64,000 bases of DNA from Piromyces finnis finn (taxonomy: Eukaryota > Fungi > Neocallimastigomycota), in NCBI GenBank assembly GCA_002104945.1, contig MCFH01000027.1:310001-374000 (forward strand), written 5' to 3'. The translations under genes were made by a program, and so were the position numbers. Positions 35,424 through 43,969 of this stretch are shown piece by piece. The notes under the pieces were generated by a model. The model worked only from the letters and a program-made list of their open reading frames with translations. It did no database searches and was not told the origin of the DNA. The stretch's first letter is position 1. Each line of letters opens with the position of its first letter.

Positions 35424-35715
35424 CCCTCTTGGGAACGTGCCTTCATTTATTTAATAAATGTAGTTTCTCAAGGGGGTCTACTCATGCTCATGGTACTGAG
35501 AGAGTAGAAAGAATTAAATCCAAGTATTGCGCAATGGATGCTTGGTGCCCTCTTAGGAATGTGCCTTCATTTATTTAATAAATGTAATTTCTCAAGGGGG
35601 TCTACTCATGCTCATGGTACTGAGAGAGTAGAAAGAATTAAATCCAAGCATTGCGCAATGGATGCTTGGTTAGTCTTCAAGGGAAAATTATTAGGACTAA
35701 GCTCATGGTACTGAG
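35424..35715 (+). repeat. LINE 5' leader: two 124-nt monomers (35424-35547, 35548-35670) plus a degenerate third unit
   Basis: Direct tandem repeat with 4 internal substitutions. GCTCATGGTACTGAG occurs in all three units. The same array is at 49385-49631 in copy F. Confidence 0.92.
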
Positions 35716-36313
35716 CGATTAAAAAACATTTTATTCATCAAATTTAAGTATTTGATGAATAAGTGAATGTTTGATTTTTCAGGTAAGTTTGTATAGTATT
35801 TAATTAGAAGAGTAATACATTTTGTTGCTGTATTTTTTCTTTTATTCATGTATTCATGTAGTACTACTCTTCTCTTGTAAGAATCCAATGTAGTCAACTT
35901 TAGCATTTGCATTGTACTTTTATATTCATGTAGCTATTGTTGTATTGTTTCTTGTAAGAGACTGATTCACTCTACATCATGTAAAAATACTATTCACAAG
36001 CTTTCTGGTGTCGACATTCTTGATTCAAATTTTTTACCAATTTAAATATTTAATGAAAAGTAAAGTCAAACAAGTTTAGTGTCAAAAAGCGAATCGAATT
36101 TACTAACAACAAACCAAAACTAGAATTTTTAAAGAAAATTTACAACTAGAATTCAAAAAAAGAAACTTTAAACAAAGCATCGTAACAATTTTTGTACTAT
36201 CCAGTACTTTTAAGAAGAGAGAGAGAGACAGATTTTTTTCCATATACGTTATATTTGTAATTTTTATTAGTATTTATTTTATATTCAATATTTTTTAATT
36301 AGAATTTATTATC

Positions 36314-39300
36314 ATGTCAGTCCTTTATATTAAAGATAAGAATTATATCAGACGTGGTACCCGGTCTTATGGTATCCCCTTAGATGATATTCGCTCCTTC
36401 TTTATCCGTGGTATTCGATCATGGTCAGTAAATATGCTATGGGAAAAACTCGAGGTTATTCTAGAAGATAAATTTAATTCAGTTATTAGTGTTAAATATT
36501 TTCAAACTTTCAATGATCACTTTTTCTTAGTCAAGGTTCATGGTTCATCAAAAGATTGTATTAAAATCTTACACATGTTAAAGAAGAAACTTTCAGTTAC
36601 CTCAATTTCCTTTTCAGCTCGTAGTAGAAGGAATCACAAATACACTTTTTCCACTCTCAAACGTAAAATTTTAGTTTCTAATAAACATCAACATTCTATT
36701 CAACAATCATTTCAACAATCAGTTCAACAATCAGTTCAACAATCTCATCAACAATCCGATCTTCAACAAGATCTTCAACAGGATCTTCAACAAGTTTCCC
36801 ATCATGAAAATATTCCAGATCTACAGCAAACACAATTTCAATCTCAACATTCAACAATTAATTCTAATAGTTCTATCAACTCTGATAACAGTTCAATAGT
36901 TGATAGTTCTTCAGCTTCACAGCCATCTAGTAATAGTTCTACTTATTCCTCTGATGCATCATCCATTAATAACGATGACTTTAATAATAATAATAATAGC
37001 AACGATTCTTTCTCATCCAACAAGCCTGATAACTTTTCTTTTTGTCTTAGTTGGAACACCAATGGGTGGAATCATGAAAAGAGAGATAGTATTAGCTATT
37101 TCACAGCTATTTTCAAACCATTATTCTTATGTTTCCAAGAAACTGGTAATGGTTCTGGTTCGAATACAGATTATCCTTGTCGTGTTACTTTGCGAAACTA
37201 TAGACACTTTTTCAAGAAAGCTGACGAATCAGTTCCGGGAATGAGAGGTTTATATTTAGGTTTTCACAATTCATGTCAAGCCTCACTTGAAAACTTCTCT
37301 GGAAAGTATATTATTTCTATTTATACTTTTAGTCTCTGGAATAGATTCAAATGCTCGATTGGAAATGTTTATATGCCTCATAGTCATCACAACATCTATG
37401 TTGATCATGCAAAGTTAGAAGTTCGCTTGTGGTTACAAACTCATTCATCCCATCCATCGATTCTTGTTGGTGATTTTAATATGTCTAAAGTAAAATTATC
37501 CAACTGGTTATCAACTAATGGATTAGGAGATTGGGAAATTCTTCCGCTTAGAGGGTCTACTATCTCTTGGACTCGAGGTGATCAATCTTCCGACATTGAC
37601 CATGCTCTTATCAATTCGAAGATGAAAGATCTTATTCACTCAGGATCATTTATAAATAATTTTTATCCTGTATCAGACCATAAGCCACTTCTTATTAATG
37701 GTAAAATTATTCCTATGGAAGATTTTTCTAATGACTTTAACGTTCCTAAGAAAATTCTGAAATGGAATAGATTAAAATGTATTGAGGAAAAGGAATCTAT
37801 TCTCAGTCATAATAAATTCCAAATACTTTCAGCAAAATTCAACGATCCTAATGTTTCTACAGATGATCTTTCCAAAGAATTTACTTCAACTGCTTTTTCA
37901 ATTGCAGACGAGCTCAGTATTACCTCAGCAAATAATGTTATAAAGTCTTCATTTCATATTTCACAACAAATTTTTAATCTCCAAAAAATCAAAATGAAGT
38001 TGTATAAGAGATTTAAAAAAGAAAGAATTTATGATATAGATGAATTTATTAAAAGAATTAAAATCTACCGTAAGCTCATTGATTACATCCACAAAAGATG
38101 TAATGAATTTAGGAAGCAAGAATATCTTCATTGGATTAAAACAGGATGTGAGTATATGAAGAGTCATAATCCTAAGAAGGCCTGGAAATGGATCAAGAAA
38201 ACTGCAAAAATTGGAAAAGATTCTTTCTTTATTGCTCAACCAATTAAAAATAAAAATGGAGAATTAGTTGTTGCTACGGAAGAACAACTAGATGTGTGGC
38301 ATGATCATTTCGAAAATCTTGCATCAGATCCAAGTGGCGTAAGTCTTGATTTGGAGCATTGGTATGAAGAACCAACGAATAAACGTTTTTCACTCCCTAT
38401 GCTTGATGAATGGGATATCAACCAAGATATTAGTATTGATGAAGTCAAGTCAGCTATCCTCTCTACTCCGAATTATAAAGCATCAGGTCCGGATGGTATT
38501 CCAATTGAATTTTACAAAGCATTAATTCCATCAAGTAATGATTCTAATAATGCTACAGATAATAATTCTTCCGGTAATACCACTTCAGATAATGATGCTT
38601 ATGGTTTAAATTTTATTCTTAAATTATACAACCGTATTTGGGATGGAGACTTCCCCAACTCATGGAATGAATCCAGTATTGTTTCTATTCCTAAGAAGGG
38701 AGATTTGACAGATTGTGATAACTATCGAGGTATATCACTTATCAATAATGGTATTAAGTTGATTTCCAAAATTGTCACCACTAGAATCTCAGAATATGGT
38801 CTAAAGAATAATTTCATTAGACCTGAACAATTTGGTTTTCGAAAAAAGGAAGAAAGTATCAGTCTTTTCATTTCAATCCAAGAAATATGCCGTAGACGTC
38901 AATTAGATAATAAAGAGACATATTTGGCCTTTTTAGATCTCAGGAAAGCATACGATTCAGTCCCAATCGGTAATATTCTCCATAAATTAGATTGTTTAGG
39001 AATCCGAGGTAAGAGTTTACAATTCATCAAAAATTTATATTTAACATCTAAGGCTAATGTCAAATTAGATGGACAATTCTCGAAATCTTTTGATGTGAAG
39101 AAAGGAGTCCGTCAAGGATGCCCTCTTTCTCCTATTCTCTTTAATCTCTTTATTAATGATATATTTAAAGAGTGTGAAGATCTCGGAGTCAGTTTAGGTG
39201 ACACTCGATGCTGTGGTGGACTTTTTGCAGATGATATAGTTATTTGTGCTCCAACAAGAGGATGCTTAAAAAAGATGCTTAGAAGAGTTAATGAATGGGC

Positions 39301-40840
39301 CTTGTATAATGAAATGGAATTTGGTATCCAGAAGTGTTCAACGATGGTGATTCGTCCTGAATCAATAGAAAATCAGAACAAGAGAGATCCAACATTTTAC
39401 TTAGCAGGACAACCCATTCCAACTACTGATTGTTATACTTATCTTGGTGTTCCATTTGATAAGAATCTGTCCCTTAAACCAGTTATTAAAGCTCTTAATA
39501 ACAAGGTTTTGAAAGGACTTTTCTCAGTCAGTAAATTCTTAAGAAATCCTAATATTCCTATTCCCTTCAAAAAGCTAGTACTTAACTCACAAGTGATTAG
39601 CAGAGTTTCATACTTTGCACCATTACTTGGATCCAACAAAGCCAGGTCTAGGATTGCACAGAAGCATGTTAACAAAGGAATACGATGGGTTGCCGGAGTT
39701 CATAAAGCTGTATCGTTTATATCTTTATACTCTATCTCAAAAGATTTGAATATTCCTCCATTGTCAGCCAAATGTGCGTTAGCTCAGGTTAGATGTTTTA
39801 ACAAATGGAAAAACTCAAATTGTATTATCTCACACCTTGTCAATTACATTCCTAAATTTAGAAAATACACGTGGTGCAAATCAAGTAGGACACTTGATAA
39901 AAAACTTAAGAAACATGGAGATGTTAAAGCAGTTAAAAACTTTTATTGGAAAGATCTCAAAGGGAATTCAATCAAAGCGCAATATTATGATGATAATAAG
40001 TTTATTGATACTAAAGATTTTATTAAATTATGTTATGAGTACCCAGAGTTTGCCTATGGCTTCTACTGGCTATTGAAAGCAAGAAGCGGATACAAGTTGG
40101 ATGCTAGAGTTGCCAAAGCTGCCAAATTTGTTGATCCAGTTTGTCCTAACTACTGTCCATGTTGCAAGTGTGGAGATCAAAGTATTAAACATTGGTTATT
40201 AGATTGTCCAACATTTAGAGATATCCGTATTAAACATTATGATTCCATAGTCCAGCTATTAAATTTTTTCAGTAAACGTAATTCCAATAGTCCTATCAAT
40301 AATAATGAAATTGATAATATCAGTAGAGATAGTAATAATATTAATAGTAATAGTAACAATAGTAATAATAACAATAGTAATAGTAACAATAGTAATAATA
40401 ACAATAGTAGTAATAGAAATAATAATATTAGTAATGATAGCAATAGTGAAGATAATAATTCTAATTTAGATAGTAATTTAGTTAATGATAGTAATAGTTC
40501 TAATAATCCGGTGAATATTAATGTGTATGATTATTCTAGTGTGTGCAGTAAAATATTTAAATTCCTTCTTGGGGGAAGAAGTTTTAACAATATTAATTAC
40601 AATTCAAGGGAATGGAAAGAACTTTGTAAGCGTCAGATTCAATCTGATACTAACGAAGGAACACCATTCTTGGCGGTAACCGCGGAACTTCTAACCAAAA
40701 TCATGCCTTTTGCTATTGGCCAGCAATGGTCAATGTTCAAAAGGTTTGAAGCAACATCCAAGAGCGTCAATGCTGAAGAAACAGTAAGACAGGCCAGGAG
40801 GGCCAGCGCAACCAATGGAGATCATAATTTTGTTCCATGA
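36314..40840 (+). CDS. Single retrotransposon polyprotein: RRM-like N-terminus, Q/S/N linker, APE endonuclease, reverse transcriptase, CCHC zinc finger
   Basis: APE: SWNTNG, CFQETG, VGDFN, SDIDH, SDHKP. RT: GPDGIP, YRGISL, QFGFR, FLDLRKAYDSV, GVRQGCPLSPILF, FADD, YTYLG. Zinc finger: CPCCKCGDQSIKHWLLDCP. No RNase H is visible. Confidence 0.96.
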   Translation: MSVLYIKDKNYIRRGTRSYGIPLDDIRSFFIRGIRSWSVNMLWEKLEVILEDKFNSVISVKYFQTFNDHFFLVKVHGSSKDCIKILHMLKKKLSVTSISFSARSRRNHKYTFSTLKRKILVSNKHQHSIQQSFQQSVQQSVQQSHQQSDLQQDLQQDLQQVSHHENIPDLQQTQFQSQHSTINSNSSINSDNSSIVDSSSASQPSSNSSTYSSDASSINNDDFNNNNNSNDSFSSNKPDNFSFCLSWNTNGWNHEKRDSISYFTAIFKPLFLCFQETGNGSGSNTDYPCRVTLRNYRHFFKKADESVPGMRGLYLGFHNSCQASLENFSGKYIISIYTFSLWNRFKCSIGNVYMPHSHHNIYVDHAKLEVRLWLQTHSSHPSILVGDFNMSKVKLSNWLSTNGLGDWEILPLRGSTISWTRGDQSSDIDHALINSKMKDLIHSGSFINNFYPVSDHKPLLINGKIIPMEDFSNDFNVPKKILKWNRLKCIEEKESILSHNKFQILSAKFNDPNVSTDDLSKEFTSTAFSIADELSITSANNVIKSSFHISQQIFNLQKIKMKLYKRFKKERIYDIDEFIKRIKIYRKLIDYIHKRCNEFRKQEYLHWIKTGCEYMKSHNPKKAWKWIKKTAKIGKDSFFIAQPIKNKNGELVVATEEQLDVWHDHFENLASDPSGVSLDLEHWYEEPTNKRFSLPMLDEWDINQDISIDEVKSAILSTPNYKASGPDGIPIEFYKALIPSSNDSNNATDNNSSGNTTSDNDAYGLNFILKLYNRIWDGDFPNSWNESSIVSIPKKGDLTDCDNYRGISLINNGIKLISKIVTTRISEYGLKNNFIRPEQFGFRKKEESISLFISIQEICRRRQLDNKETYLAFLDLRKAYDSVPIGNILHKLDCLGIRGKSLQFIKNLYLTSKANVKLDGQFSKSFDVKKGVRQGCPLSPILFNLFINDIFKECEDLGVSLGDTRCCGGLFADDIVICAPTRGCLKKMLRRVNEWALYNEMEFGIQKCSTMVIRPESIENQNKRDPTFYLAGQPIPTTDCYTYLGVPFDKNLSLKPVIKALNNKVLKGLFSVSKFLRNPNIPIPFKKLVLNSQVISRVSYFAPLLGSNKARSRIAQKHVNKGIRWVAGVHKAVSFISLYSISKDLNIPPLSAKCALAQVRCFNKWKNSNCIISHLVNYIPKFRKYTWCKSSRTLDKKLKKHGDVKAVKNFYWKDLKGNSIKAQYYDDNKFIDTKDFIKLCYEYPEFAYGFYWLLKARSGYKLDARVAKAAKFVDPVCPNYCPCCKCGDQSIKHWLLDCPTFRDIRIKHYDSIVQLLNFFSKRNSNSPINNNEIDNISRDSNNINSNSNNSNNNNSNSNNSNNNNSSNRNNNISNDSNSEDNNSNLDSNLVNDSNSSNNPVNINVYDYSSVCSKIFKFLLGGRSFNNINYNSREWKELCKRQIQSDTNEGTPFLAVTAELLTKIMPFAIGQQWSMFKRFEATSKSVNAEETVRQARRASATNGDHNFVP

Positions 40841-41076
40841 CAAAATTTTGATCTTTGGCTCGGTGTCCCATTGGAAGTCAAATACAATTATTATACTTTA
40901 GTATGATAGTGGCTTTCTTACTTTAATTAAAATTACTAGAATACATTATACCCAATTTTTATTCATTTGTGTTTATTTAAACATATTTTTTTTATTTTTA
41001 TTTTAATTTTTAATTTTTTATTACATGTATTATAATTTTAATTAAATTAATAATAAAGTTTAAAATATTTGATGCC

Positions 41077-41119
<43 letters not shown>

Positions 41120-41122
<3 letters not shown>

Positions 41123-42874
41123 TATAATAAAATGGAATTTGGTATCCAGAAATGATCAATGATGGCGACTCATCCTGAATCAGTAGAAAATCAGAACAAG
41201 AAAGATCCAACATTTTTACTTAGCAGGAAAACTCACTCTAACTACTGATTGACACACTTATTCTGGTGTTCCATTTGATAAGAATTTGTCCCTCAAACCA
41301 ATGATTAAAGCTCTTAATAACAAGGTTTTGAAAGGACTTTTTTCAGTCAGTAAATTCTTAAGAAATCCTAATATTCCTATACCTTTCAAAAAGCTAGTAC
41401 TTAACTCCCAAGTGATCAGCAGAGTTTCATACTTTGTACCATTACTTGGATCCAACAAAGCTAGGTCTAGGATTGCTCAGAAGCATGTTAACAACGGAAT
41501 ACGATGGTTTGCCAGAGTTCATAAAGCCGTATCGTTTATATCTTTATACTCTATCTCAAAAGATTTGAATATTCCTCCATTGTCAGCCAAATGCGCCATT
41601 AGCTCAGGTTAGATGTTTTAACAAATGGAAAAACTCAAATTGTATTATCTCACACCTTGTCAATTACATTCCTAAATTTAGAAAATATACATGGTGCAAA
41701 TCAAGTAGGACATTCGATAAAAAATTAAAGAAGCATGGAGATGTTAAAGCAGTTAAAAACTTTTATTGGAAAGATCTCATAGGAAATTCAATCAAAGCGC
41801 AATATTATGATGATAATAAATTTATTGAAACTAAAGATTTTATTAAATTATGTTATGAGTATCAAGAGTTTGCCTATGGTTTCTACTGGCTATTGAAAGC
41901 AAAAAGCGGATACAAGTTGGATGCTAGGGTTGTAAAAACTATCTATTAAATTTGTTGATCTAGTTTATCCTAACTATTGTCCATGTTGCAAGAGTGGTGA
42001 TCAAAGTATTAAGCATTGGTTATTAGATTTTCCAACATTTAGAGATATCCGTATTAAACATTATGATTCCATAGTCCAGCTATTAGATTTTTTCAGTCAA
42101 CGTAATTCCAACAATCCTATCAATAATAATGAAAATTTTAATGTCAGTGGAGATAGTAATAATAATAATAGTAATAGTAGCAATAATAATAATTATAATA
42201 GTAGTAGTAGAAGTAATAACATTAGTAATGATAACAATAGTGAAGATAATAATTCTAATTTAGATAGTATTTTAGTTAATAATATTTTAATAGTTCTAAT
42301 AATCCAGTGAATATTAATGTGTATGATTATTCTAGTGTGTCCAATAAAATATTTAAATTCCTCCATGGGGAAAAAAGTTTTAACAATATCAATTACAATT
42401 CAAGGGAATGGAAAGAACTTTGCAAATGTCAGATTCGATCGGGCACTTACGAAGAAACCCCATTTTTGACGGTAACAGCGGAACTTCTAACCAAAATCAT
42501 GCCTTTTGCTATTGGCCAGCAATGGTCAATGTTCAAAAGGTTTGAAGCAACATCCAAGAGCGTCAATGCTGAAGAAACAGTAAGACAGGCCAGGAGGACC
42601 AGCGCAACCAATGGAGATCATAATTTTGACCCATGATAAAATTTTGATCGTTGGCTCAGTGTCTAATTGGAAATCAAATACAACTATTATACCTTAGTAT
42701 AATAGTAGCTTTCTTACTTTAATTAAAATTACTATAATACATTATACCTAATTTTTATTCATTTGTGTTTATTTAGACATATTTTTTTTATTTTTATTTT
42801 TATTTTTATAACATGTATTATAATTTTAATTAAATTAATAATAAAGTAAATATTTGATGCCGTTAAAAAAAAAA
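41120..42874 (+). mobile_element. LINE copy B, right part (degenerate RT C-terminus, 3' UTR, short poly(A))
   Basis: Colinear with the 3' part of copy C but carries frameshifts and stops. A probable low-complexity TSD taaaaaaaaataat is at 35141-35154 and 42875-42888. Confidence 0.88.
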
Positions 42875-42900
42875 TAAAAAAAAATAATTCTAGTCAGTTT

Positions 42901-43078
42901 GATTAAAGTAGGAAGGCAACTATTATATTATAGTATAATAAATGTATTTGACTTGGAGATCAAATTTTGTCAAAGAACAAAATTATTATCTTAATTGGTT
43001 GTGCTGACCTGGCCTGTCTTATTATTCCTGCAATATTGATGCTCTTTGATTGTTGCTTTAAGCCTTTTGAATAATGGA
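42901..43078 (-). mobile_element. LINE relic D: heavily decayed ORF end plus proximal 3' UTR
   Basis: Recognisable similarity to 44117-44310, for example tgtatttgactt, ttttgtca..gaacaaaattat and cctggcctgtctta. Confidence 0.7.
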
Positions 43079-43101
43079 TAGAATGTGTACTAATAGTATG
43101 A

Positions 43102-43307
43102 AATTTTATTTTTTTTAATGGCATAAATTATAATAAATGTTATAAAAAATAAAATTAAAAATAAAATAAAAAATTGAAAATAAAAAAATATATATTTTAA
43201 CACAAATGAATAAAAATTGGATATAATGTATCCTAGTAATTTTAATTAAAATAAGAAATCCACTATTATCTATTATACTAAAGTATAATAATGTATTTGA
43301 CTTCCAA
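43102..43307 (-). mobile_element. LINE relic E: decayed 3' UTR
   Basis: Matches the element's 3' UTR: acacaaatgaataaaaattgg.tataatgtat.ctagtaattttaattaaa and tatactaaagtataataa.tgtatttgacttccaat. Confidence 0.75.
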
Positions 43308-43927
43308 TAAATAATATGAAATAGATTTTATAGATTTTTTTTAGACTAGGAAGAGAATACACATCTTTTATTTATTTATTTAATTTATGATATTACATTT
43401 TTCTTTTTAGACTAGGAAGAGAATACACATTTTTTATTTATTTATTTAATTAGTGATATTACATAATATTAGGTGATAATACATATTGATATAATAAATA
43501 ATAAATAAAGATAATAAAATATTTATAAATAAAAATATAAATATAAAATAATATAAAATAATTATTTAAGTTGCATAAAAGTTCAATGAACTCTGCAATT
43601 TGTACTATGTGGGATTGGTCCCTACCTAATAAATTAAATGAAATAAAAAAAGAAGTAACATCAGGTAGGATAGTGTGGTGTCCACTAAACTTTCCCATGA
43701 GTTCATAATGTTTTCATTCGAAGAAATACTAACATTGAACCCTGTGTACGGAACACTGAGAATGTTCCTTTGCCATATCGGTACGACGTCAGCGCTCTTG
43801 ATTACGTTAGGTGTCTTACTAAACCTATCAAAAAGTAGCCTCACAGAGCTACTGATGATAGGGATTGTTTTAGTAAGAAAAGCCGCGAGACCCTCTACAT
43901 ATGGAACATGAGACCCCGATGAACTGT

Positions 43928-43929
<2 letters not shown>

Positions 43930-43969
<40 letters not shown>

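Larger units (their letters stand above)
35424..41119 (+). mobile_element. LINE copy C: full-length, intact non-LTR retrotransposon with 40-nt poly(A) and 14-bp TSD
   Basis: TSD ttgtataataaaat at 35409-35422 and 41120-41133; poly(A) at 41080-41119; one uninterrupted ORF. Confidence 0.96.

Noticed and set aside
35424-35715. Assignment of the leader to a known HDV-like, hammerhead, twister or twister-sister ribozyme
   Set aside because: Only partial look-alikes were found (CUGAGAG..GAAA, GCUCAUGG, a possible first G.U pair). The required cores (CUGANGA, the YCCYCG loop with P1.1) are missing by eye.
35424-35715. CRISPR-like array
   Set aside because: These are two long contiguous monomers with no spacers, in a eukaryotic retroelement with no cas genes.
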